Shown here piece after piece: positions 11,079 to 23,752 of a stretch of DNA of 64,000 nt. The position numbers and the translations under genes were made by a program. Position 1 is the stretch's first letter, and each line of letters starts with the position of its first letter. The stretch is from assembly GCA_964304625.1 (NCBI GenBank), contig OZ199840.1, forward strand, positions 2,778,787 through 2,842,786. Reading direction: 5' to 3'. The stretch comes from Kudoa neothunni (Eukaryota; Animalia; Cnidaria). The notes beneath the pieces were generated by a model, which was not told the origin of the DNA, made no database searches, and saw only the letters and a list, made by a program, of their open reading frames with translations.

Positions 11079-14000
11079 ATGGTTAAGGATAAATTTTTGA
11101 ATTCCCTCTTATGTATATAGTTTTTTCTTACCATTAATGAATCTTTATTAGGCATGCAAATCGCATTCTTTTGCGTGGTAGAGAATGCAACAGCGCCCGC
11201 TTCAGCCTCAACGTCTACTCCCTTAGCTATTCTAAATTATCAAATTGAATATGATAGTGCTACTTCCTCTAATGTAGTTAAGCATACACTTGGCGGAACA
11301 AGTTATGCTACAGGAAAATGTCGTATATTGAGGTCAAACGAAGCAGAAACTATACTCAACTCAAGTACTCCAGCTGATCTTAAAGAAATTTCAGAATGCC
11401 CTGGACGTGAAACTGCCGAAACCACAAAATGCATAATCGATTGCAATAGCCAAACAAGTAAAGTACCGTATAATAAACTTTCTCCTAGAACAAAATACAT
11501 GTATGTATACGTTGGTGCAGATGAGGCTGTTAAAATAGAGCAATATCCAAGAGGTGGAAAGGTGTTTGGTTTGGCCATACGTAATCTAAATAACTTTGAA
11601 TTGATAAATAATTTAATCAAATTTAGCATTATTGGTCAATCCTCAAGTATCGATCTCTATGGCTGCAGAAAAATTGAAACTCCTAACAAAAACTTGCTCC
11701 CCAGTTGCGTGCCCAATCCATTATAAAGACGCACAATTCAAGGGGGGTAATGCGGGGCAAACATGTGACGCAGAAAACACAGAGAATGATGTTGAATTTG
11801 ATTTATTGATTCCTCATTATGAGATGAGATGTGTGAATTATCCAAGTTTCTTTTATTATATGCCAAATGCATACATGAAGAAAAATATCGCTATTTATGA
11901 ACCTCAGTATTACGTAACAAAAAAGGCGGGAGTTGCTAATCAAGTTGTTCTTAAATTCACTGATTTAATGTTATCATCAGAGATATGTGTTTTCAGTATT
12001 AAGGACGGTAAAACTGAAGTAGCTAACTCCGCGTATGAATCGAAATGTGGAAATACTGAGGGAAAGTGTTACGCACCTTGTAAAAATGTTGAGCTTACTG
12101 TAACAGCAGAAAAAGAAATATATAATGTTCTAATTCAAACCAGGAATCACGATCTTTCAAAAACATCTGTTGATTTTGATGGATTTTCTCAAAAAAAATT
12201 TCGTAATTTATTTTAGTCAATAATTATAATTATTTTATTATAAATCTTATAGCGATATCTGAGACTGGAGATGGTTTATTATCTGTTTATACGAAACAAG
12301 GTTTAACGTTGGATGGGGGATTTTTAAATCCATCATCGGGAACTAAGTTCAATACATGCACTCTAAAACATTATCCTGCTGACAAAGTCAATCCTACATC
12401 TTCAACTACTTCATGTAACGCGGCCACTAAAAAGGATAGTAGTAGTAGTGGTAGTGAGAGTGGTGAATGCAAAACTGGTTGCGAAAAATTAGTAATTGAA
12501 CAACTATCACCAGGGAAACCATATATAATTGAAATTGAGTCCAGTGGCATAGCAGATTTAACTTCCTTCAAAGAACAAATACTTATAAGAACAAGTAATA
12601 ATTTGAAATTAAAAATAAACAAAACTAATAATCATTAAAAGATAATGAGGAGAACAAAAATTTCCAAGAAACTGCCCCTACTAAAACAGAATCAACAACT
12701 ACACTAACAGCTATTGGAGGTGCAGCTGAAGGCAATATGAAAGATCAACCAAATTGTGAATACTATTTAAGTCCAACTGGGAAAAACACATTTTACACCG
12801 CTAAATGTACTGAAACCAATCCCTGTAGAGGAAGATGTAGAGAATCAATAACTATTGTTGATCTTGAACCAAACACTTCTTACGACGTTAGGGTCATTGC
12901 TGATAAGGAGTACAAAGAACACATATATACAAATGTTTTAACTAGTATATATATATATATTAACTTATTCAACTCAATCTAGATCTGGCAACCTTGAGAA
13001 TAACTCAAAAATACACTGAGCAAGGATTGGAATTGAATGCACAATTGTCCAAAAAAGTCCCAGAAGCCATTTGCCATTATACAATCCAAATAAAAAAAGA
13101 TGATGAGTTTGAAGATGTTTACGTCTGCGAAGCATCACAGACACCGGCAGCTGCACCAGAAACTCAAAATACTCCACCAAGCTCACCAGCCGAATCCAAT
13201 TCTAATACCGACCAACCACAAACTGGTACTAGTCAAATTCAAAGTCTAAAATCAGAAATTAATAAATTAAAAATTGCAAGAGCTGAATCTAATACTCCTA
13301 CTGAAACTGAAACTGATACAGATGTCACTCCAATTACGACAGTCGATACAACTGCGAGCCCGGTCAATTCAAACACATGCTCCTCGTTTCCATTGTGCAG
13401 TTCTATTAAATTCGACGACTATGATGCAAATGAAGAGTATAAAGTGTCTATTACTGCAGTGGGAAAATCAGAGAGAAATGAAATTACTTTAGTAGCTAGT
13501 AAAAATATTTTCGATATTATTATTATATTAATATTTAAAATAAATAGCCGCTCCAAAGGGGAATCCCACAGAAAACGACAAAATAATATATGTGACCATA
13601 ACAAGGGATGGTGAATCATTTGTTATAGAAAACACCCTACCATCTAGTCTTAATGAAAAATCCAAATGTAAATGGGAATTACGTAACGCGAGTACCAAAT
13701 CGATAGCAATTATTAAAAAATGCATGAGACGAAATGACAATGGATGTAGAACGTACCCTTCATGCAAATCATTCACTATCAGTGGATTAGCAGATGGCAA
13801 TAATTATCACTTGACTGTGTACAGTTCTATCAATCCAACAATTTATGGGACAGCCACTATTGAGCAAGGTAAAGCATTGTTACTTCGAAAATAATTAAAA
13901 CTGTAAATTTTAGGAGCCAAAAGCAGTTCCAGGTTTATTAATTAATATTTTTAAAATAAATAAATAAATTTTTAGTTCTAAAACCATGGTCATGTATTAA

Positions 14001-14114
14001 TTTATTGTGTTTTTACAATTTAACTGGTATTGTTTTAGAATAATTGCAGTAGCCGCTATTGGAGCTATGATCATGGGTGCTATTGGTTTCGTGGTTTTCA
14101 AGAAGAAAAAATAA
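11079..14114 (+). CDS. Family copy A: Cys-rich FN3-like repeat type-I membrane protein, ~877 aa, 10 exons
   Basis: Exons 11079-11112, 11152-11580, 11627-12202, 12253-12594, 12642-12944, 12983-13498, 13548-13868, 13914-13932, 13976-13993, 14039-14114 splice in frame with GT-AG introns. N-terminus MVKDKFLNSLLCMQIAFFCVVENA is signal-peptide-like; C-terminus MVIIIAVAAIGAMIMGAIGFVVFKKKK*. Confidence 0.9.
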
Positions 14115-14797
14115 ACGCCCTTATTTACGAATTATTGCCCTAAAATCCAACTATAGAAATTTAGATTATTTTTCTAATGGTGTGATATTTATGAAAATTT
14201 TTTAATTTGTCGACAATTAAAATTTATTGATACTTAATCAAATAAAAATATTTTATCTTTGATGTGTTCCAACGTTATTATAAAATTTGATTGGGATGAT
14301 ATGACTCGGATAAAAATGTGGGATTGTTAATAAATTTTAAAATTTTTTTATAATTATTTGAAATTGCTAAAACTTAATGAAATATAATAAACGAATAATA
14401 TTCATTTTGTTAAACGACTTAGTTAAATAAAATATATCTATCGAAAAATAGTTGTAAACGTTGATTAATCTTCCAAATATTTGGATGTTGTATTCGGTTA
14501 CTTTTATAAATTATACACTAAATAACGGTACTGAAATTTATGTGAAATATAAATATCTGAAAAACTAGATAACAAGATATGATTAATATTTTTTTTCTGT
14601 TTATTAAAAAAATGAGCTCAACGGCTTGTGTATTGGCATCTAGGATTTTCAACACTAATCAATGCAAACTCATTTCTTGGGAACTATAATTATGGTTTTA
14701 GTACTTATTCCAGTTTTTAATGAAATCTTGGGCTATTTAAAAGCTAATGTTATGTGGAAAATATTAATAAATAAATTAATTATTGGGTTACTTAACA

Positions 14798-15031
14798 CAG
14801 TGGGTGACCAGTTTTTCGCACTGTCGACTCGTTTGTACTTTCAACAAAAAGTAGATTTATGCTGCATTGTTTTTTTTAAAAAGATATACCATATTTTTTT
14901 ATAATAGAATGTATCAAATTAATAAAACAAATTTTAATTTATATTTGCTATTTTACGTGCTTTTCTTAATGGCCAGTTTTTCGTACATTTTTCAATACTT
15001 GTGGAGGTTACAAACGAGTGGTCACCTACTG
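14798..15031. mobile_element. ~234-bp MITE, Tc1/mariner-pogo type (TA target)
   Basis: TIRs CAGTGGGTGACCA ... TGGTCACCTACTG followed by TA; the twin copy at 58784-59018 is flanked by TA on both sides. Confidence 0.8.
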
Positions 15032-15864
15032 TACTAAAATTATTTTCCAAAAATCCCTTAGAATCATTTTGCATCTACGTTCAAATCTGGATATAGCGTG
15101 GTTATAAAGTTGGACACCGATTTTATAAATTTTTGAATCACTTAAGTTCGTAATCAATTTTACTTTATTTTGCAATAACACATACGGAGGAAAAATGTTT
15201 TCAAGTCTAATGTTCTCCGATATCGAGTTTCCTTCATATGGCGTGACATTTTAAGTTTGGTAACTGGGTTAGCGCGAGTTCGGAATTATCAAGAAAAAGT
15301 TCAGTATTGACGAAAAATGTGAAGCGATAGAATTTTTGTAAATTTATAAAAGTAATCATTTAGGGGAAAACATAAAAACTTTAAAATTTAACGTATACGG
15401 TATATTTATTTCTCTAGCATACTTGAAAATTAATCAAGATTGGCGAATTGTGATTTTCCTGGCAAAAAAAAGTTGCGTTTTGAAAATTTTAAGATTCGGA
15501 TGCTAAAGTGTATAATTTAGGCTCCAAATTAAGACATTTAGATTGATCAATTATTGCTAATGTTATTATGAAAATAGTCGCCTTAACACTGTAGAGTGTG
15601 ATCTTAACAGTCTTGGTACACGTATAGGCTGACTTTGTAGATTAAATATTTTGATCACAAATTTTTCTTTTGCATTAAGAATTTTTTATATTAAATTAAT
15701 ATTAAAATTATATACAATTTGAAATTTATTTTTTTTAAATAAATAAATAATTGACTATAATTTAAAGTCTTTTTAATGCGCCCGCTAAAATATGGGAAAT
15801 GGAAAGTTATTTAAATTAACCGATTCGTACATTGGTTACGCGCAAAAAAAAAGAACACGAAATA

Positions 15865-18205
15865 CAGTATTTCAAAAAACTTGGATGCAACCATGTTGTA
15901 TTAAAATAGATAAATTATAATAAACGCATATAGGTAATAGTTTACTATTTCTTCCATATTTAGACATATTGGGTGGTATGACTTTGCGTGATTAGAATAA
16001 TATTGTAGTTGGACTGATGTTATTTCATTAGGTTCATTAAAGACGGCCTTCCATTTATTCCTCCATTTTTGTGGATGATTGATTTTTTGGTGAAAAATTC
16101 CACGATAAGATTAATCCTTTGGACCCCGAATTTAATTCAGCGACTGAAAAAATTTTGTTTGCTCATTCTGTTAAATTTTAAATAATTCTATATAAAATAT
16201 CCAAAAATTGGAGAAGTCATTTTAAAAATTAAAGATACACAAAAGGTGCCAAATGGTAACATTGGGACGCGGCTTATTTCAATATGCGGGAGTGCGACTG
16301 TGCTTGTTTTTATGTTACTTTGTTTTTAACCAAGAAGTTACTCTTCCACCATCAGAAATGAAATATTAAATTATTCGTTATATTTTTGATAGTCCAAAAA
16401 GCAGTTTCTGTTTTTATTGAGGTACAAAGAAATATTACACTTAATGCAAATATGTTCAAATAAGTGAAATATTCAAATATAATATCTTCAACTTATTCAG
16501 AAATATCAGCTGTTTCAATGCCATTGTTTATTTAATTTTTCGCGTTTATTGTCTAATTTAAGCGGTAGTCATCTTACTCCCCATCATTAGAACTGTATTC
16601 GGATACAATGCCATCATATTGACTACACAAAATGGAATCCGATTCCAGTCCAACGTCTGATTTGTTCCCATCTGGTAACAATATGATTCTTTAAAAGTAT
16701 GCTCTATTCTTTCTTCCCCACTGACCTATTCATTATCCATTCCAAAGAATATAAGCACATTTAAATCAAGGGTCGAACGTTGTCGTGTGACGACGTTCAC
16801 TGTACCCGCTGGCCCAATATTGCCGTGTGGCAACATTGATTAATCTGCCCCTATAGTATTCATACCAAAACATATTTTCATGTTAGATTAATATTTAGAA
16901 TAAACTTATTTAATACTATACTTATATATTTTTTAATTTTACTGAAACCTCAAAATTCCAAGTTCAATTACAGGATACTTTTAGCCTTTTTTTATACTTG
17001 CCGTAGAGTTAGATATTCATCTGTATTTCCCTTGATATAAAACATAAAAAGTTTTGTAATTCATTTATATAAAATCAAATAAACATTAACTATATTATTA
17101 TAATAAAGATAGATTTAAAAATGTAATTACATGGTTAAAACACTCACAAAAGTAAAATGTTTCCATTTGGCAACATAGGGGTTTAAAGGATTAAGGGATG
17201 GTTCATACGAAAGAAGAAACAAAAGTTTGTGGTCTTTTGAATCTAGTTTCCGTCGAATAAGGTCGGTTTTATTGAACCTTACACCGCTCGTAATTAATAG
17301 CTCACTTTGAATTATATAATCAGTAAAATCATTAAGAAGTTTCTCTATTAAAATCTCGAAAAATTGCTGTTTCACAATACCATTTGTCAGCTGAAACGTC
17401 TAAACTTTATCAGAGCAAACATAGGCAACCAATACGATGTTATTAGAGCGAACACTTTTTACTTTCATGTTCAAGTGCGAACCTGAAACCGACCTTCCAA
17501 ATAATGTTCGTCTCATATAAAGCGAGAAGCCAGACTCATCAATGTAAATTACAGGAAAATGGAGTGGTTTAGATTCCAGTTATTTTGGAACTTAATTAAT
17601 AAATATAACATATACCTTTAATTAATTAAAACAATTTTTGCGTTTCGATATGCAATCCTGAGAATTCCACGCAATTGGTACAATTGAAATATTGTTGAGG
17701 GCGTAATGGAACTGGCTCAAAGAGTTATCAATAATATGTCTAGAAACGCCGATATTATGTTCTTGTAGGTTTTTGGCGATTGAATCTAATGTGATTGTGC
17801 AATCTTCATTCACTAAGCTTTGGATATTGTGATTTGTGGACGGTTGTCAATCTTGATCTCCAGTCCCCAGCTCTTCTTAGAAATGCATTCTTCGTCGGCC
17901 GACTTCATCGTCATCCTCGAATTCTTTTAAAAAACCATGAGATCGTTGATTTGAAGACTCCAACCGTTTTTTTTTTCGATTTAAACATGAGTGCAATTTT
18001 CCTTGATATCCTTCAAAATAGTTTAACTAACGCCATACACTTTCGGTAACCTATGATAGTTTGTTTCGTTGTGTCTTCTAAAAAAATATACTTTCTTTTA
18101 GTGACATAAAGCTGTGATGAATTATGATCCGACATGGTTATTTGTAATAACGCGAACCAGTTTAATTTTGATCTGACGTTGTTGCATTTAGGTCTTGAAA
18201 TATTG
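15865..18205 (-). mobile_element. Decayed IS630/Tc1-family transposon, interrupted by a piggyBac derivative
   Basis: TA-flanked imperfect TIRs CAGTATTTCAAAAAACTTGGATGCAAC / GTTGCATTTAGGTCTTGAAATATTG; minus-strand remnants VNEDCTITLDSIA (HTH), PVIYIDESGF (first catalytic D) and LLSYEPSLN|LIVEFF (PYSPxLNPIE motif split by the insertion). Confidence 0.82.
16115..17190 (-). mobile_element. Non-autonomous piggyBac derivative inserted at TTAA inside the Tc1 transposase
   Basis: TTAA on both sides (16111-14, 17191-94), TIRs TCCTTTGGACCCC / GGGGTTTAAAGGA; the twin copy retains a piggyBac C-terminal Cys-rich remnant CIKCNVHFCLNKNRKCF. Confidence 0.8.
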
Positions 18206-18959
18206 TATAGTCGTCAACCAATTTTTTACAACTTATTTAATGTCGCTTAATTTTAATTTTAAATGTTCCTGATATTTATATAAACAAGTATATTCAACTC
18301 AATGACATTTTTTCAAGAATTGGTTGTAAAGAATGCAAAACATACATCCAAATTCACGTGACTTGCCGATTTTTCACATTTTTTTCTCATTGTCTGGAGG
18401 GGATTGGGTGAATGGGTTATCTGCTATATTTAAGGAGCAATATAGGATCATGCAAGTCACTAAAATCGCCACTCTATTTTTGAAGTCAAAGTGACGATTT
18501 AAAATATTGCTTTGATATTCGCGCTTAAAATTTAAAATTCATCATCATCTGAATCATTGGAATCTCGATATCTTTCGTCATCCGATTCTGCCTCAATATT
18601 TTTAGTGTTGGGAGAATCCTGCCTGTCCATTAGCACAATCTGCCCGGAATTATTCGCACGCAGAAAGACAATCATCTCTGTTATTGTCGTTCCGTTTCCT
18701 TATGTCCAAAAACAATGTTAAAATCCATTCGAACTAACTATCGGAAGTTCTCAAACCCTATTGTCCATTATAATATCCACGTGAAGATTATTGTGTTTTT
18801 TGGTATATATAATCATTGCTTAATTAAATATCACATTAAATATTTAATTTGTTTTGATACTTATTTTTTCAAATGTTAAAAAGATTAATTATAGTGTGAA
18901 ATTAATAAAGAATAACTAACTATTTCATATTTCACATAGCTGTTAGTTAGATTTATTAA

Positions 18960-21501
18960 CCTTAAAAGTAAACTGGGGTCCCTTTGGACCCAAACGAGAT
19001 TGCCACCTCGTTTTCTCAGTCGTTATATAATTACTAGAATTTAAACTCCTTCAATTCCCGTAAAACATGATTATCTGTAAAGGAATAGATTTATTGGAAT
19101 TTTCATCCGTCATAGCAATTTTTATAACAAAAACACCTTCGGAGTATAATTGGGATCCATTTGGACCACATTTTTTTTGATATTTTAAAAGCATATTATT
19201 TATATTAATTTTCAGATGGAAATTGGCATTAAAAATATTTTACATACCAAAATCTAATAAACAATTTTATGTCGCGCATACGTGAGTGTGCAAGTTTCTG
19301 TTGTGAGAGTATGGATTTCTTCTTAGGAAATAGCGAGGAGAGTATTGACACTAATGAATCTGAAACACAGGACCTAGTGGATTTGAAAGAGAGTGTCAGC
19401 AATGAGAAGAAAGAAAATCTTGTGCGTGATAAAAATAACGATTCGCTTGTAGACAAAAATAACTGTCTATGAAGTGTAATAAAATCAAAAAAACTAACGT
19501 GGCTGCAGAAAATAAAATGAATTTTCTTCGAGGTGTGACTGTGTACGCCACTCAAAAGATCTCTAGTATTGTATGATGTTTTCATCATTTCTTCCCAATA
19601 GAAATAGTGGAACAAACAATTAAGTATGCCAATCAATGTGGTAAGAATCATTATGGTAATAAATGGAGAGATGTTGAAGTCGATGAAATGCATGGTTTTA
19701 TTGGCTGTTTATTGTACGTGGCAATCCATAAGGATAGACAAGACGCTATTATTGACATGTTTAGTTGTGACGAAAGTAGGAAAATATACAAATATTTTTT
19801 TTCCTTGTACATATTCAGGCAATTAACAAGAGCATCCCACATTGATAATGCAGAATCTAGGAAGGAACGGCGGTAGCACGAACAATTTTGCCCAATTAGA
19901 GAAATATGGGACATTTGGGTCAACGTGGCGAAAAAATGTAATAACCCCGGAGAGAATGTACGTCTTGATGAGCAATTGGCTTATTTTAGCCGATTATAAA
20001 AAATAAGCTAGCAAATTATGGCTTAAAATTTTTCCTATTGGTTGATCCAGCATCTTCATATGTGTTAAATATTGATGCTTACGTCGACAAAAAATGTCTT
20101 TTAGATATGATATCAAAATTTATGATGTGGGGAAAAATTTTGCATTAAAATTAACTGAAAATTTGGTCAACTTAGGATGCAATTTGGTGTGTGATAATTA
20201 TTTTACTTCTATTCCTTTGGCTGAAAAGTTACTTAAAAGAACAATGACATTACTCGGTATCATCTGAATAAAAAAGCGAGATATTCCTCCATTTCTCCTC
20301 CCCGATAGAAAAACTCCTGTCAACGAATCGAAGTTTATTTTTAGAGACAAAAAATGTTAGTTTCGTTTTTGGAAAAAAACCAGTGTTACTTTTATCTATT
20401 TTGTACCCCAACACATCTATTTCTAGGGAATCCCCACATAAACCTGAGGTCATCTTAGAGTATAACGCTGCCAGAGGAGGCGTCGATACAGTTGACCGCA
20501 TGCTGGCCTCTGTCTCCGTCGGAAGATTTGCCAGACGATTGCCTTTGATTTTTTTTATAATATGGTCGGCATATCTCTGATAAATGCCTTTGTTGTTTAA
20601 AAAGAAATATTCAACGATCCTAGTATCAAACGGCGCAATTTCTTTAAAAAAGTAGCATATGAGCTATGCGAACCATTGAGATGCAAAAACAATCCAAATA
20701 TCCAACTAGCCACGAAGGAAGTAACCCTAAGCATGAAATCTCCAAAAAAGAATATCATTGATCGTAACCCTAAAAATTGATGTGTTTTATGTAGTCGAGA
20801 CAAAGATAAAAAAACATTTAAAATGCAAGCTCTGTGAGGTTCCATGCTGCAAACAACATGCAATATATGTTTGTACCAATTTCTTACCGTATTTTTCTCA
20901 AATATAATGAATTACTTATTCTTTCTATTTGATACTGATTCAAGTTATTTGCCATTTTTTATTGTACTGTCATGGAAATAATATGATTGTCCAAATTTAA
21001 AATTATTTGCAAACCATTTAATTTATTGGTTACGTGATTTTTAAATTGTCCTATTTTCATTTTGATAATGAAAGAAAAATTATATTTATAGGGATTTACT
21101 AATTATATTCGTTTGCAATCCATAGTAGATTTGATAGCTTTTCGCGTAGAGCTTAATTGAAATTCGTGATTCTATCATTAAAATAAATTTCAGCCCATTT
21201 TATTTATTTTTAATAATAATTTAAACAGATATATTATGTGTTTATGGAGTTATTAACGAATTCTAGTAACAGTCATTTTAAAATAATCAGTCGTAATATT
21301 TATGAAGGAACAATGCACGTAGACGCACGCGCCGGTGAAAACAAGACGTGAAATTATTAACGAAAAGAACACTTTTTAAAATTAAAATTTTACAGATTGA
21401 TAAAAAACTATATTATTCAATGAAATGATAAAATAAAATCTAGGGTCAAAATGAACCCCAATTATACTCCGAGGGGATCTGCCTAATTGTTACTTAGAAG
21501 G
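18960..21501 (+). mobile_element. Full-length but decayed piggyBac transposon (PGBD4-like transposase pseudogene)
   Basis: TTAA at 18956-59 and 21502-05; ends CCTTAAAAGTA / TACTTAGAAGG; internal IR pair at ~19136 and ~21445-21476; fragments WRDVEVDEMHGFIG, GENVRLDEQL, LVCDNYFTSIPLAEKL, KPEVILEYNAARGGVDTVD and a C-terminal Cys-rich region, broken by stops and frameshifts. Confidence 0.92.
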
Positions 21502-21505
21502 TTAA

Positions 21506-21780
21506 CTTTATTGTTGGAATTGACTGGCAGTTTCAACAAGGTAAATGAGTTCATGTGTGAACAATCACTTTTGAGGATTTGTTCGTTATTAGAAAAAACC
21601 CTCTCGGGGCTCGAGTTGTCGGTATATCTCAAAAAAATAACTGTTACCAACTTTCTTAGATTTCGATATTTAGAATCTTCCAATAGTCTAAGGCGAGGGT
21701 GATAAGTTCGTGTTCGCTCTCAAGACTTCAAATTTTTTGAACGAACGAAATTGCCATCCTTCTTAGAAATAATCTCCACA
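21506..21780 (-). mobile_element. hAT transposase C-terminal dimerisation-domain remnant
   Basis: KYRNLRKLVTVIFLRYTDNSSPERVFS resembles the hATC motif YPxLxxLAxxxLSxPxxSxxxERxFS; abuts the piggyBac TTAA. Confidence 0.6.
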
Positions 21781-23752
21781 ATATGTAACCAAACTTTAGA
21801 ATATTATATAATTAATAAATTGTTTTTTTATTTCAAATTTTTTGCTTTATTTTTGCTGCAATATTAACTTTCACACACGGCTTGAATAGGATGCCGAATA
21901 ATAAATTTAACTTTTGATCGTACGTCCGGCGAGATTTCGCCAGACAAGAGTTATCTGCGTTTTAAGCTATGGTAGGTCATTTGAATACTAAATAAAGAAA
22001 TTGGAATTACTTTTCTACAACAGAAACTGCTAAAAATATACATACAGGGAAGGTTTGCATCCATCTTAACCTTGTTCCATGGAATGATTTTAATAGATAT
22101 ATAATTAATTTTCTGTCAATCTGTAAAAACTCTAATGTTAAATTTATAACCATTTTACAAAATATAATCATAATTAAAGATTAATAATTTTTTTCACAAC
22201 GGAGTAATTTACTAAAAACAAACACATTCAAAAAAAATATGTAAATTTTATTTGACATTTTTATATTTATTATACGCAGAAAAGTTAATTTAAAAATAAA
22301 TTTTTGTTCAATATTTAAATTAAGGTAAAAAAGGAAACCCTCATAAACGATAAGAAAAGTTTATATTAATGCCTACATTAGATGACGTGATGTTTAACAT
22401 AAGATATGGTGGTGCAAATTTTGAGTTTAAATATAAACTGATAAATATTCATATCTGAAAGTCAGAAAGAATTATCTCAATCAATTTTGGATCAATTGTA
22501 ATTTCAAATAAATCAACATGGTATTAGAATAGTAAATATAGTTTTGTATTGTCTAATTTTAGGGAATTTTAGAATGAGCGGCTTTTAACTCATTCAAAAA
22601 TTGGAATTTACTCTTAAAATGTATCATTTTATTATCAAGTGAAAATTTAAGTTCTTTAGCTTATAAAGTTAGCAATACATGAATTCTCAAATTTGAGAAT
22701 TAATTAATTTAGGAAATATCTTTAATAACTATAAAATTAGTTTAAGCTGCAAATGATGGTAAACTTTAAAAAAATAGTTTAAGTTAATGATTATAATATT
22801 TTTCAAATAAATAACCTAATTTACCAATGAATCAAATCTTGTTTTTTGATTTCTGTTTTAGGTCGGAAATAATTATATTAACTTTTAGGAAAGATCAATT
22901 AATTTACTTTGAAAAACATTTTGTTTTATTGGCTAAATATTATATTTAGCTCGAATTTTTTATATGAAGTCCAAAAATCTCTTGTTAAAATATCCGAATG
23001 ATGGAATATTTTAAGTTATTTTCTTGTATTAGATTTCACGAGTATTTTTGTGTAATCTCACTTATATAATTTTAAGTGAAATATCCAAAATTAAAATTTA
23101 AAGGATTGATTTTGTATTACATTTTGTAAGGTTAAGAAGAGTTTAATAAAGACACATTATTGTACGATGCTGATTTATGAATTTCGGTTATTTAACGTTA
23201 CGTAAATAACTTCATTTTTAACCAAAAAATCGTTTTTCTATTTTTTATGTTGAAAAGTTATTGTTATTATGTTAATTTATAAAATTTCTTAATAGGAATT
23301 ATCTTCGTATTATCACCAATATCTATTTGAGTGTGGTAGAGATAATAAAGATTGATTTCTAATATGTATAAAAAATGTAATAATACAAATATCTGATCTA
23401 TTTTGTAATGAAATTCAATAGAAAATTGATATAGATAAAAATGGCTTCAAATTCTAAAGAATCCATCATACGTCATCAGGTAAACCTTGGATTTCATGGT
23501 AATCTTAATAAAATGAAATCCACTCTTATGATTTTCATATTTTGTATCTCGTATTATTAAAATTTCTAAATTAATAATTAGGTTGTATTTTAATAATAAA
23601 AAAATATAAACTAATCAGAAAATTAAAATCAATGAAGAATTGGATTAATAAATCAATTGTCTTTTAGATAGGCTATTTACCCGATACGAGTATCGACTTA
23701 TTATAGTATTCATTTATTCAGTATTATTGGTTGTTTCGTTTTACCTTTCATT

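Larger units (their letters stand above)
14115..18545. repeat. 3' flank of copy A, duplicated in inverted orientation at ~55203-59694
   Basis: Collinear reverse-complement similarity throughout, including the same MITE, Tc1 relic and nested piggyBac derivative; similarity ends near 18545/55203. Confidence 0.92.

Noticed and set aside
13274-13800. Overlapping or antisense ORFs recurring in every family copy (MIHHPLLW.., MPSANPL.., MQELNL..)
   Set aside because: Recurrence follows from near-identical DNA of exons 6-7; they cross introns and show no independent evidence.
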